A stretch of 64,000 nucleotides of DNA, taken from Pseudofulvibacter geojedonensis. GTDB lineage: Bacteria > Bacteroidota > Bacteroidia > Flavobacteriales > Flavobacteriaceae. Location: positions 96,563 through 160,562 of the forward strand of contig NZ_JBHTJM010000002.1 of the NCBI RefSeq assembly GCF_042675745.1, in the 5' to 3' direction. Under the pieces are notes generated by a model. That model ran no database searches. It saw only the letters and a program-made list of their open reading frames with translations, and was not told the DNA's origin. Both the position numbers and the translations under genes were made by a program. Below, one piece after another: positions 48,418 through 57,839 of this stretch; the stretch's first letter is position 1; each line of letters begins with the position of its first letter.

Positions 48418-49854
48418 TTACTTTTCCAACTTCTTACTCTGAATTACCTCATACTTATCAAACAAATACACTAAAGAAGTCATAGTAGCAGCTCCTAATT
48501 CTAATTCGCGTTTGTTTACATGTTCAAAGGTATCATTAGCTGCATGATGGTGGTCGAAATAACGCTGAGAGTCTGGTCTTAATCCGCACAATACATTGTC
48601 TCCTTTTAGCGGGCCAATATCTGCACCACTTCCTCCCTTTTCAAAAAAGTGAATTAAATAAGGTTTAAATAGTTTTCTCCAACTTTCTACTTTTTTAAAG
48701 TTTTCTTGAGAACAATCAAAAGAAAAACCTCTAGGTGTAAAACCTCCTGCATCACTCTCTAAAGCAAATACATGGTTTTCTCCCTTCTCTTTAGCCACTT
48801 TTGCATACTTTTTCCCTCCACGTAAACCGTTCTCTTCATTCATAAACAATACCACTCTAATAGTATGCTTAGGTTTATAACCTGTTTCTTTAAACAAACG
48901 CAATACTTCCATAGATTGTACCACTCCTGCTCCATCATCGTGAGCGCCATCTCCTAAATCCCACGAATCTAAATGACCACCCACTACCATAATTTTATTA
49001 GGATAGGTACTTCCTCTTATTTCTCCTATTACATTATAAGACTCTACATCTTTTAACTGTTTACAGTGCTGAGCAAAAAAGAATTGAGTTGTTGGGTCTA
49101 ATTTTAACATAGAACTCAATAATTCTGCCCCGTTAGTGCTTATTGCAGCAGCAGGTATTCGTTTACTTACTGGAGTATCTCCATAACTCATTGATCCTGT
49201 ATGTGGCAAATCGTCTAAACGCAAATTAACAGACCTTACCAAAACCCCAACCGCACCATATTGAATTGCTTTCTCAGCACCTTTATATCGCTGATCTACA
49301 CAACCTCCATAAGCACGAAATGTTTGAATTAAATCGGCTTGCATAGGCCTATTGTAAAAAACTATTTTGCCTTGTATTTTTTCTCTACCTAAAGTAGCTA
49401 ATTCATCAAAGTTTTGTACTTCTACCACTTCGGCTTTTAATCCGCCAGCTGGTGTTGCAACAGAACCTCCTAAAGCGCAAATAGGTACCGTAGTAGTGTT
49501 ACCTGGTGCCGATTCTATATAAGCAAACTCTTTAGCTCCTCTTACCCATTTAGGTACCATAACAGGTTGTAACCAAACCTTATCAAGGCCAAGTTCTTCA
49601 AGCTCATCTTTGGTATATTTAACCGCTTTTTCTGCATTATAAGAACCAGATAATCTCCCTCCTATTTGATTAGATAAATGATCTAACCATTTGTATGATT
49701 TACCATTTAACAAAGATGTATCATAAATAGCCTTTAACATCTTCTCATCATCTGATTGAGCTTTTACTTCAATAAAGCCTGTAAACAATATCAAAAACAA
49801 TATTAAAATATTTAACTTACCCAGCCTGCTGTTAATTTTGAAACTCTTATCCAT
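48418..49854 (-). CDS. M28-family zinc aminopeptidase with a PA domain, secreted
   Basis: It has a signal peptide and zinc ligands (GGHLDSWDLGDGAHDDGAGV; ..EENG..). It is 478 aa. Confidence 0.8.
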   Translation of the reverse strand: MDKSFKINSRLGKLNILILFLILFTGFIEVKAQSDDEKMLKAIYDTSLLNGKSYKWLDHLSNQIGGRLSGSYNAEKAVKYTKDELEELGLDKVWLQPVMVPKWVRGAKEFAYIESAPGNTTTVPICALGGSVATPAGGLKAEVVEVQNFDELATLGREKIQGKIVFYNRPMQADLIQTFRAYGGCVDQRYKGAEKAIQYGAVGVLVRSVNLRLDDLPHTGSMSYGDTPVSKRIPAAAISTNGAELLSSMLKLDPTTQFFFAQHCKQLKDVESYNVIGEIRGSTYPNKIMVVGGHLDSWDLGDGAHDDGAGVVQSMEVLRLFKETGYKPKHTIRVVLFMNEENGLRGGKKYAKVAKEKGENHVFALESDAGGFTPRGFSFDCSQENFKKVESWRKLFKPYLIHFFEKGGSGADIGPLKGDNVLCGLRPDSQRYFDHHHAANDTFEHVNKRELELGAATMTSLVYLFDKYEVIQSKKLEK

Positions 49855-50378
49855 TCTTTTCCATTAAACTTATATATATCATACCTACTTATAGCAGCTC
49901 TATTACCTGTTGCTATAAGAACTTGAATTAAAGCTATTGACTTATTCTTATTAAAAATTGGCTCAGAAAAGTACACAAAACTATAACGGCCAAACTTTTT
50001 ATAATAAGTGTTCCATCCTGCAACCCCATGCTTTTCAAATATCCCAAACACTTCATTTTTTGTTAAGTACTCAACACTCTCAAGTTCGAAATTAATTTTT
50101 TTTGCTTTATTATTTACTTTTATTCCATTAAGAGAATTTTCACCAAAATATTTAACTATACTATCATAGCTTTTTTTATATACTTTTTTATCATTATTTA
50201 CATTAACCAAATATTTATTTAACTCAAATGAATACTCATCAATAACATAAACCTTATCCTTTCTATTTACCTTATTAACAACAGTTTGAAGTAAACTAAC
50301 TATAGCTTCTTCTTTACTTTGTGATAAAGTAACATGAGAAACAACAAACAACAATAATATTAAACTTAATATTTTCAT
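49812..50378 (-). CDS. Hypothetical secreted protein/lipoprotein
   Basis: It has a signal peptide MKILSLILLLFVVSHVTLSQ and overlaps the M28 start by 43 nt. Confidence 0.5.
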   Translation of the reverse strand: MKILSLILLLFVVSHVTLSQSKEEAIVSLLQTVVNKVNRKDKVYVIDEYSFELNKYLVNVNNDKKVYKKSYDSIVKYFGENSLNGIKVNNKAKKINFELESVEYLTKNEVFGIFEKHGVAGWNTYYKKFGRYSFVYFSEPIFNKNKSIALIQVLIATGNRAAISRYDIYKFNGKEWIRVSKLTAGWVS

Positions 50379-51250
50379 TCTTGCTCTAGTTCTTTTCTAT
50401 ATTGATCTAAGTTGGCTTTTATCTCATCGTCTAATTCTGGCTCTTGTATATCTGTATATTCAGAAAGTGTATCATAAATAATTTTTGCTACCATATAGCG
50501 AGCAGAAGGTTTATGATCTGCTGGAATTACAAACCATGGCGCCATTTCTGTAGATGTTCTATTTATTGCATCCTGGTAACAGTCTTGGTATTTATCCCAT
50601 AATTTTCTTTCCTTTAAATCACCTGGAGAAAATTTCCAATTTTTTTCTTTTAATTCTATTCTACGCAATAAACGTTTTTTTTGTTCTTCTTTACTAAGGT
50701 TTAAGAAAAATTTAAATATTAACGTGCCATTCTCTGCTATATGCTTTTCAAAATTTCTGATTTGCTCAAAACGTTGTTCCCAGAAAGAATTGTTTACATC
50801 TGCAACCGAGTGTATATCGGGTAAGTTTTCTCCTAAAATATATTCTGGATGCACTCTAGTAACTAATACATTTTCATAATGAGTTCTATTAAAAATAGCA
50901 AATTTACCTCTGGCTGGTAAAGCCATATAGTGCCTCCATAAATAATCGTGGCTTCTTTCTAAATCGGTAGGCACCTTAAAACTGTGTACTACTACACCAC
51001 GAGTATTAAAATCTTTAAAAACTTCTCTTATTAAACTATCTTTACCCGCTGTATCCATACCTTGCAAACAAACCAATACTCCATATTTACCATGAGCATA
51101 AAGGGTATCTTGAAGCTTACCTAACTTTTTTCTAAGTTTTTTTAGTTGTTTTTTTATTTTTTCTTCATCTTCATTTAAAATAACTTTTGTTGAATAACTT
51201 TCTAATTCTATCCTTTTCTTTACTTGATAATCTGTGATTTTAAATTTCAT
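50375..51250 (-). CDS. ppk2: Polyphosphate kinase 2 (PPK2, polyphosphate:nucleotide phosphotransferase)
   Basis: It has Walker A VLVCLQGMDTAGKDSLIREVF and a PPK2 lid region, and the 291-aa size fits. Confidence 0.85.
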   Translation of the reverse strand: MKFKITDYQVKKRIELESYSTKVILNEDEEKIKKQLKKLRKKLGKLQDTLYAHGKYGVLVCLQGMDTAGKDSLIREVFKDFNTRGVVVHSFKVPTDLERSHDYLWRHYMALPARGKFAIFNRTHYENVLVTRVHPEYILGENLPDIHSVADVNNSFWEQRFEQIRNFEKHIAENGTLIFKFFLNLSKEEQKKRLLRRIELKEKNWKFSPGDLKERKLWDKYQDCYQDAINRTSTEMAPWFVIPADHKPSARYMVAKIIYDTLSEYTDIQEPELDDEIKANLDQYRKELEQE

Positions 51251-51321
51251 TGTTTCTTTATAAATAGAAATGAGTTTAAATATATTAAAATTTAATATCT
51301 TTCGGACTTTAATAGAACTAA

Positions 51322-51939
51322 TTGATGTCTAAAGAAATTATAAATATTATTGCTGAAGCTTTTAAGGCTATTCCTGCTGGAAATCATTTGGTAAAACAAG
51401 ACAGCAAAAGGGACAAACGTTATAAAAAATTAGGAGCTTTTGTATACAATAATGCCGTAAAAAGAAATGGTTTACGACTATCTGGAAATAAACAAGGTGT
51501 TGCAATAGCTTATATTATTGATCCCCTTAATAATAAAAAGACTTTTAAGGATTTTATTAATGATTTAAAATTTGTTTTTGGAATATCTGGACTTAAAAAT
51601 GGTTTGGCTATTGCTAAACGACAAAAATACATTCAAGAGCAAAGACCAAAAGACAAAAAATATATGTACTGGGAGTTTACTGGTGTTAATCCTAACCACC
51701 AAGGAAATGATAATGGTGTTTTTGCAATGGGACAGCTAAGGGACCAGGTATATACTGAAGCCCACGAAAAGCAATTAGATATATATACCGAGACATCTAT
51801 TAAAAAGAATATGATTGTCTACAGACGTTATGGATTTGATATTTACCATGAATGGAAAATGCCAGATGGTTCTACTATGTGGTTTTTACATTATGATACT
51901 AAAAGTAAACCAGACTTTAAACCTATTTCACCTAAATAA
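51322..51939 (+). CDS. Hypothetical protein, possibly a GNAT-fold acetyltransferase
   Basis: The C-terminal VYRRYGFDIYHEW resembles the GNAT motif B region. The match is weak. Confidence 0.35.
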   Translation: MMSKEIINIIAEAFKAIPAGNHLVKQDSKRDKRYKKLGAFVYNNAVKRNGLRLSGNKQGVAIAYIIDPLNNKKTFKDFINDLKFVFGISGLKNGLAIAKRQKYIQEQRPKDKKYMYWEFTGVNPNHQGNDNGVFAMGQLRDQVYTEAHEKQLDIYTETSIKKNMIVYRRYGFDIYHEWKMPDGSTMWFLHYDTKSKPDFKPISPK

Positions 51940-51943
51940 AAAA

Positions 51944-51972
51944 AGCGTTTCGGAATCCGAAACGCTTTTTTG
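51944..51972. terminator. Bidirectional rho-independent terminator between convergent genes
   Basis: AGCGTTTCGG-aat-CCGAAACGCT forms a 10-bp perfect stem flanked by an A-run 5' and TTTTTT 3'. Confidence 0.85.
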
Positions 51973-51979
51973 TTATTTT

Positions 51980-53143
51980 TTATTTACTAGCAAAGAGTTT
52001 AACATCTTTTTCTGATATCTCTTTCTCCCCTAAAATAATTAATCGTTCAACTACATTTCTCAATTCACGTATATTTCCTGTCCAATCGTATTCTTGGAGC
52101 AGTTTTATAGCTTTGGCCGAAAATTTCTTTTCTGCTACACCTTGTTCTTTTGCTATTTTTTTAGCAAAATGTTTTATTAACAAAGGTATATCATCTCTTC
52201 TATCGTTTAATGCAGGAACTTTTATTAAAATTACCGCCAAACGATGATATAAATCTTCTCTAAAATTTCCGTCTGCTATTTCCTTTTTTAAGTCTTTATT
52301 GGTTGCAGCAACCACTCTAACATTTACCTTGATATCTTTATCACTACCTACTCTCTGAATTCTACTTTCTTGCAATGCACGCAAAACTTTAGCCTGAGCT
52401 GATAAGCTCATATCTCCAATTTCATCTAAAAAAATGGTGCCTCCGTTTGCTGCTTCAAATTTACCGGCTCTATCCTTATTAGCAGAAGTAAAAGCCCCCT
52501 TTACATGACCAAATAATTCGCTTTCTATTAATTCTGAAGGAATTGCAGCACAGTTTACTTCTATCATTGGTCCTTTAGAACGCTCACTTTTTTGATGCAA
52601 CCAATGTGCTACTAATTCTTTCCCTGTTCCATTAGGTCCAGTAATCAAAACTCTAGCGTCTGTTTGAGCTACTTTCTCTACCATTTCTTTTATTCTAGAA
52701 ATAGCTTCACTCTCTCCTATCATTTCATAATTCTTAGATACCTTTTTCTTTAATCGCTTATTCTCTACAACCAATTCTTTTTTATCTAGAGCATTACGAA
52801 CTGTATTTAATAATCTATTTAAATCTGGTGGTTTAGAAATATAGTCAAAAGCGCCTAAACGCATCGTATTTACAGCTGTATCTAAATCGCCATGACCTGA
52901 AATCATAACCATTGCTGTTTCTGGTTTTATCTTTTTAACAGCTTCTAATACTTCAACACCATCCATTTTTGGCATCTTAATATCACATAAAACCAAATCA
53001 TAATCTGTAGCTTTTATTTTTTCAATTCCCACCAAACCATCTTCAGCTTCTTCTACTTGATAAGAATCGTTTTCTTCTGATAATATTTTTACTAATACGC
53101 GCCTTATAGCCGACTCGTCTTCTATTACTAATATTTTTGACAT
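51980..53143 (-). CDS. Sigma54-dependent response regulator (REC plus AAA+ sigma54-activator domains) lacking a C-terminal HTH
   Basis: It has the REC residue D (LVLCDIKMP), the AAA+ sequence LITGPNGTGKELVAHWLH, a GAFTSA (GAFTGA-like) motif and ESELFGH. The protein ends about 25 aa after the AAA lid. Confidence 0.8.
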   Translation of the reverse strand: MSKILVIEDESAIRRVLVKILSEENDSYQVEEAEDGLVGIEKIKATDYDLVLCDIKMPKMDGVEVLEAVKKIKPETAMVMISGHGDLDTAVNTMRLGAFDYISKPPDLNRLLNTVRNALDKKELVVENKRLKKKVSKNYEMIGESEAISRIKEMVEKVAQTDARVLITGPNGTGKELVAHWLHQKSERSKGPMIEVNCAAIPSELIESELFGHVKGAFTSANKDRAGKFEAANGGTIFLDEIGDMSLSAQAKVLRALQESRIQRVGSDKDIKVNVRVVAATNKDLKKEIADGNFREDLYHRLAVILIKVPALNDRRDDIPLLIKHFAKKIAKEQGVAEKKFSAKAIKLLQEYDWTGNIRELRNVVERLIILGEKEISEKDVKLFASK

Positions 53144-53247
53144 GAAATGTATTTAAATAATTTAATTGACTTGTTAATGTATATGTTTTGATTACAAAAA
53201 CTTGGCCAAATCTTAATCTTTTCTAAAAATAGAAAAAATATAATGCA

Positions 53248-54075
53248 TTAGTTATTAGTGTTTAGATAAATTTCTCGCTGTGGAAAAGGAATGGTTATAT
53301 TGTGCTCTCTAAATACTTTATCTATTTCAAATCGAATATCACTTTTAACCATAACAGCTTCAAAGCTATTATTAAGAGTAAATATTAATTTAAACTGTAA
53401 GGCGCTATCGCCAAAATCTGTAAATAATACAATAGGTTCCGGGTATTTCAGCACCGATTTATTTCTTAAAGCTACATTTAATAATAAATCTTTAACCAAT
53501 TCTAAATCTGTGCCATAAGCAACTCCAACCGTAACATTTTCTCGGGTAGTTTCACCGTTTTCTGTCCAATTATATAAACTAGACGTTAGGTATTTATGGT
53601 TAGGTATAATTACAACTTTATTATCTAAAGTTACTGCCCTAGTAGTTCTTAGTTTTATATCTGTTACCTTACCAACTTTACCATCTAGCTCTAAAATATC
53701 GCCAACATGAACTGTTTGATCTATTAAAATAAATACTCCTGCTATGATATCTTGAAAAAAGGTTCGTAACGCCAAGCCAACACCAACCAATAAAGCTGTT
53801 GAAGCAGCAAGTATTGCTGTTACGTTGATACCCATATTATCTAATGTAATAAGGCAAACTACTATATAAACAAAATACTTTACAAATGAAAAAACAGTTC
53901 TAAACTTAACTTTATCACTTAAAGGAAGTTTTTTGGTTGCTATTTTATAAACCCATTTTAAAATATAGGTAGTTATTATAAAAACAAAGACTACAAATAA
54001 TAAGTGCTTAACTTTTATATGTATTTCACCTCCAAATTCAAAGTTATAATTTAATATTTCTAAAAGTTTTTCCAT
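53248..54075 (-). CDS. MscS-family mechanosensitive channel
   Basis: It has 3 TM, a conserved pore-helix/beta-domain (ALRTFFQDIIAGVFILIDQTVHVGDILELDGKVGKVTDIKLRTT) and is 275 aa. Confidence 0.8.
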   Translation of the reverse strand: MEKLLEILNYNFEFGGEIHIKVKHLLFVVFVFIITTYILKWVYKIATKKLPLSDKVKFRTVFSFVKYFVYIVVCLITLDNMGINVTAILAASTALLVGVGLALRTFFQDIIAGVFILIDQTVHVGDILELDGKVGKVTDIKLRTTRAVTLDNKVVIIPNHKYLTSSLYNWTENGETTRENVTVGVAYGTDLELVKDLLLNVALRNKSVLKYPEPIVLFTDFGDSALQFKLIFTLNNSFEAVMVKSDIRFEIDKVFREHNITIPFPQREIYLNTNN

Positions 54076-55392
54076 TTAGTATTTTAACCATTTATACAGT
54101 TCTTTATAGCTTGGTTTTTTACCGTACATTAAAATTCCTACTCTGTATATTTTAGAGGCAAACCAAACTGTACCTATAAATGTTCCGAAAAGCATTACTA
54201 CTGATATTAATTGCTGCCATATAGGAACCCCAAACGGTATACGCATTAACATTACTACAGGTGAGGTAAATGGTATATATGAAAAAATTTGTGCTACTGT
54301 ACCGTGTGGCTCATCTAGAACTGTAAACCCTCCTACGTATACAGCCAACATTAATGGTAAAATTATAGGCATCATAAATTGCTGTGTATCCGTTTCGTTA
54401 TCAACTGCCGCTCCTATAGCTGCATACAAAGAACTATAAAGCAAGAAACCACCTATAAAGAATAAAATAAACATTATAACTAAATTAGTTAATGGAAGAT
54501 TAAAAATTTCTGCCATCCATACGCTAACCTTTTCCTGCATATCACCATTCTTCATAATCTCTTTAAAAGCCTCTTGTTGTGGCGTTTCTAATTCTGCCAT
54601 ATTTACCCCAAATACTGAAGCCATTATAACAGAGGCTACTGCCATTACAATAACCCAAATAGCCACTTGGGTAATACCTGCAAGAGATGTTCCCATTATT
54701 TTACCTAACATTAATTGTATAGGTTTTACAGATGATATGATAATTTCGATAATACGATTGGTTTTTTCTTCTATAACACTACGCATAATCATATTTCCAT
54801 AAATAATAATGAACATAAATAAAATATATCCAGCCACTAATCCGAATCCAAGCTTTAACCCTCCTCCTATTTTAGAAGTTTTTTCTCCGCTATAGCTTTC
54901 TTGATTAATATTAACTCTAACTTTTGCATCTTTAATCTTATCTATATCAAATCCTTTATTTTTATAATTAAGATCTGTTAACTTTTTAGCTATTTTAGAT
55001 TCTATATCAGAAATTAAAGTAATAGAAGGGGTATCTTTTGTATAGAAGGTAACGTTCTTAGCTATTCCTTTTAGGCTATCAGACTTTTTAATATATAATA
55101 AACCATATATTTCCTTTTCTTTTACATTTTTTAAAGCAGCATCGTAATTGATATCTGTAAGGATGTTATATGTTGTAGTTGACTTATTATCTGAAAAAAT
55201 TGTTGAGGCATAGCCAGATTCATCTATGACATCTATAACCCTTTCTTTATTCTTATTTAAATTCGTTAAATAGGCTATTAACAAACCAACTCCCACCATT
55301 ATTAATGGTGTTACAAAAGTCATGATGATAAAAGATTTATTCTTAACCTTGTTTAAGTACTCTCTTTGTATAATTATAGGTAAATGATTCAT
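54076..55392 (-). CDS. ABC-2 family transporter permease (NatB-like)
   Basis: It has an N-terminal TM, a large extracytoplasmic loop and 5 C-terminal TMs. It is adjacent to its ATPase. Confidence 0.7.
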   Translation of the reverse strand: MNHLPIIIQREYLNKVKNKSFIIMTFVTPLIMVGVGLLIAYLTNLNKNKERVIDVIDESGYASTIFSDNKSTTTYNILTDINYDAALKNVKEKEIYGLLYIKKSDSLKGIAKNVTFYTKDTPSITLISDIESKIAKKLTDLNYKNKGFDIDKIKDAKVRVNINQESYSGEKTSKIGGGLKLGFGLVAGYILFMFIIIYGNMIMRSVIEEKTNRIIEIIISSVKPIQLMLGKIMGTSLAGITQVAIWVIVMAVASVIMASVFGVNMAELETPQQEAFKEIMKNGDMQEKVSVWMAEIFNLPLTNLVIMFILFFIGGFLLYSSLYAAIGAAVDNETDTQQFMMPIILPLMLAVYVGGFTVLDEPHGTVAQIFSYIPFTSPVVMLMRIPFGVPIWQQLISVVMLFGTFIGTVWFASKIYRVGILMYGKKPSYKELYKWLKY

Positions 55393-55410
55393 ATTGGTAA
55401 GAATGTCTTA

Positions 55411-56334
55411 TTAGTTATTTTGAACAGATTGAATAAAAATATCGCTTGCAGAAGGAATTACTTCAACAAAGTGATTTACTTGTCCATGATTAGTTAAAAA
55501 AGATAATAACTCATTAGAACTATTACCGTTCACTTTTATATTCATTTTTAAATCGTTATTAATTGATTTAAATGTTGCAGGAGCAATTTTAAATTTATCT
55601 TTCAATAATTGATTTAATTCGGTTTCATTGTTAGCATGAATTCCTACTTCAAAAGTATTAGACTTAAACTGCCTTTTGATATCAATTAAATTTCCATCTA
55701 ATATTTTATTCGATTTGTTTATTAAAGCTATATCGTCGCACAACTCCTCTACAGATTCCATTCTATGTGTAGAAAAAATAATTGTTGCCCCATCTTCTCT
55801 TAACTTTAAAATTTCATCTTTTATTAAATTGGCATTTATTGGGTCAAAGCCACTAAAAGGCTCATCAAAAATTAATAATTTTGGTTCATGTAATACAGTT
55901 ACAACAAACTGTATTTTTTGCGCCATTCCTTTAGATAATTCTTGAATTTTCTTATTCCACCAATCTCCTATCTCTAACCGTTCAAACCAATGCTTCAATC
56001 TTTTTTTAGCCTCGGTTTTAGAAAGCCCCTTTAATTGTGCCAAGTACAATGCCTGCTCTCCTACTTTCATAGATTTATATAAACCTCTCTCTTCTGGTAA
56101 ATATCCAATATCTTTTATATGATTGGCTTCTAAAGGTTTACCATCTAAAGTTACTAAACCAGTATCTGGCATGGTAATTTGATTGATAATTCTAATAAAA
56201 GAGGTTTTTCCAGCTCCGTTTGGACCTAATAATCCAAATATACTCCCTTTAGGAACCGACAAGGATATATTATTAAGTGCTACATAATCACCATAAGTTT
56301 TGGTAATATTTTTAGCTTCGAGAAGATTGTTCAT
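55411..56334 (-). CDS. ABC transporter ATP-binding protein (NatA-like) with a C-terminal extension
   Basis: It has Walker A GLLGPNGAGKTS, the signature LSKGMAQKIQF and Walker B LLIFDEPFSGFD. Confidence 0.85.
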   Translation of the reverse strand: MNNLLEAKNITKTYGDYVALNNISLSVPKGSIFGLLGPNGAGKTSFIRIINQITMPDTGLVTLDGKPLEANHIKDIGYLPEERGLYKSMKVGEQALYLAQLKGLSKTEAKKRLKHWFERLEIGDWWNKKIQELSKGMAQKIQFVVTVLHEPKLLIFDEPFSGFDPINANLIKDEILKLREDGATIIFSTHRMESVEELCDDIALINKSNKILDGNLIDIKRQFKSNTFEVGIHANNETELNQLLKDKFKIAPATFKSINNDLKMNIKVNGNSSNELLSFLTNHGQVNHFVEVIPSASDIFIQSVQNN

Positions 56335-56590
56335 GTAGTATTATTTTTACTATTGGTATCTAATTTAAATAGTTTGTTACATATTTTAAACAAAAATAAA
56401 ACCCACCCTTGTAAAGAACAAGGATGGGAAAAAAAATTGCTATGAAATAATCACAAATTATTTATTTGCGATATTGATCAAATATACAACAATTCTTAAA
56501 TAAATGTTAAAATAATGTATTCAATTAACACCTTAATTGTTTTTTATAACTCCATAAAAAAAGTCTTCTACTAAGTAGAAGACTTTTTAG

Positions 56591-56665
56591 GGTGGAAGAT
56601 GGGATTCGAACCCACGACCCTCGGTACCACAAACCGATGCTCTAACCAACTGAGCTACAACCACC
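56591..56665 (-). tRNA. tRNA-His (anticodon GUG) with encoded G-1 and discriminator C73
   Basis: The minus strand reads GGTGGTTGTAGCTCAGTTGGTTAGAGCATCGGTTTGTGGTACCGAGGGTCGTGGGTTCGAATCCCATCTTCCACC, a full cloverleaf. The G-1:C73 pair is diagnostic of His, and the acceptor stem has tandem U5.U68/U6.U67 mismatches. Confidence 0.85.
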
Positions 56666-56778
56666 ATGTAATTGCGGTTGCAAATTTAGAAAATAATATC
56701 ACTTAAAAAAAAGAAAAAAACATTTTTTTTCAAGTATTTTTACTTTGCTACTCTAACTATTTCAAATACAGTTAGCTA

Positions 56779-57495
56779 TTATTTTAAATCTAATATAGAA
56801 TTTACTCCTATATACCTTTCAACAGTAAAACCTTCTGCTGCATCTACCCCTATAAGCCTTCCTAAATCATTAGCTCTATACCTTACACTATTGATAAAGT
56901 TCTTACTAGTTATAGGTGTTTCTACTTCTTTACTATTAGGGTTGTAGAATTGAGAATCATATGCCATTACCGATTCAATCTTTTTATCAACATAACCACT
57001 AATATCTACTACAAAATCTGGTTCTATATTTTTCCACTGTATGTAATGATACACTTGTTTTGGCCTCCATTTTTCTTGTTTAACACCATTTAACTCTGTT
57101 TCTATTTTAATTAATCCTGATAAAAAACAAGCATCTGACACTAATTTACTTCCCTTAGGATGATCTATATGCCTATCATCTATAGCATTGCATATTACTA
57201 CATCTGGCTTATATTTTCTTATCATTTTTATAACTTCTAGCTGGTGTTCTTTATTATTCATAAAAAAACCATCAGCGAAAGCTAAGTTTTCTCTAACTGA
57301 AACCCCTAAAATTTCTTTTGCTTTTGCCGCCTCTTCATCTCTTTTCTTTGCAGATCCTCTAGAGCCTAACTCTCCTCTAGTTAAATCTATTATACCTACT
57401 TTACGACCTAAAGCTACTTCCTTAGCAATAGTACCTCCACATCCTAATTCTACATCATCTGGATGAGCACCAAAAGCTAGTATGTCTATTTTCAT
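56779..57495 (-). CDS. bshB1: PIG-L/LmbE-family deacetylase, BshB1-like (bacillithiol biosynthesis)
   Basis: MKIDILAFGAHPDDVELGCGGTIAK...GIIDLTRGELGS is nearly collinear with B. subtilis BshB1. The start was chosen at the internal MKIDIL, whereas the ORF track extends it to 57582. Confidence 0.75.
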   Translation of the reverse strand: MKIDILAFGAHPDDVELGCGGTIAKEVALGRKVGIIDLTRGELGSRGSAKKRDEEAAKAKEILGVSVRENLAFADGFFMNNKEHQLEVIKMIRKYKPDVVICNAIDDRHIDHPKGSKLVSDACFLSGLIKIETELNGVKQEKWRPKQVYHYIQWKNIEPDFVVDISGYVDKKIESVMAYDSQFYNPNSKEVETPITSKNFINSVRYRANDLGRLIGVDAAEGFTVERYIGVNSILDLK

Positions 57496-57532
57496 ATTAT
57501 TAATTAATTTATGAGCTAATATAATTAAAAAG

Positions 57533-57708
57533 AAAAGACCAGCTCCCCAGCTGGTCTTTATCAACCCAAAATTAATAAGCACCCGAGTAATTTAGTACTT
57601 ATTGTTTTTTAATTTTTATATTTATTAATATAAGAAAAGGACCAACTCCCCAGTTGATCCTTTATCAACCCAAAATTAACAAGTACCCAAAATAATTTAG
57701 TACTAATT
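57533..57708. repeat. Two tandem imperfect copies of a ~73-bp hairpin-containing intergenic repeat, each with a GACCAGCTccccAGCTGGTC-type stem-loop
   Basis: Copy 1 (57533-57604) and copy 2 (57635-57708) are about 85% identical. Each has a palindrome followed by TTTATCAACCCAAAATTAA...TTTAGTACT. Confidence 0.7.
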
Positions 57709-57714
57709 AAAGTT

Positions 57715-57837
57715 TTAATACCTTTTTTTAGTTATTCCGTAATAACGTTGTATTTCTCTTCTCTTTCTTTTTTTATAATACTTAATTAACAAACCTAGCA
57801 TTATAACCGATATAACTCCTATTGTAAAAGCACTCAT
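57715..57837 (-). CDS. Candidate 40-aa small membrane peptide (TM plus polybasic tail)
   Basis: The peptide is MSAFTIGVISVIMLGLLIKYYKKRKRREIQRYYGITKKRY. Its start abuts the stop of the giant T9SS gene, and it has the same architecture as the mini-ORFs at 15972 and 29314. Confidence 0.3.
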   Translation of the reverse strand: MSAFTIGVISVIMLGLLIKYYKKRKRREIQRYYGITKKRY

Positions 57838-57839
57838 AA

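Noticed and set aside
49812-49854. The 43-nt overlap between the hypothetical secreted protein (49812-50378) and the M28 peptidase start
   Set aside because: This is probably just alternative start choice. The M28 gene has a clear signal peptide at its listed start, and the upstream ORF may terminate as listed. I do not regard it as a programmed frameshift.
56779-57582. The longer N-terminus of the PIG-L deacetylase in the ORF track (start at 57582)
   Set aside because: Homologues such as BshB1 begin MxxLxILAxGAHPDD, and the internal Met at 57495 (MKIDILAFGAHPDD) matches. The 29 extra residues overlap the hairpin-repeat region and look non-coding.
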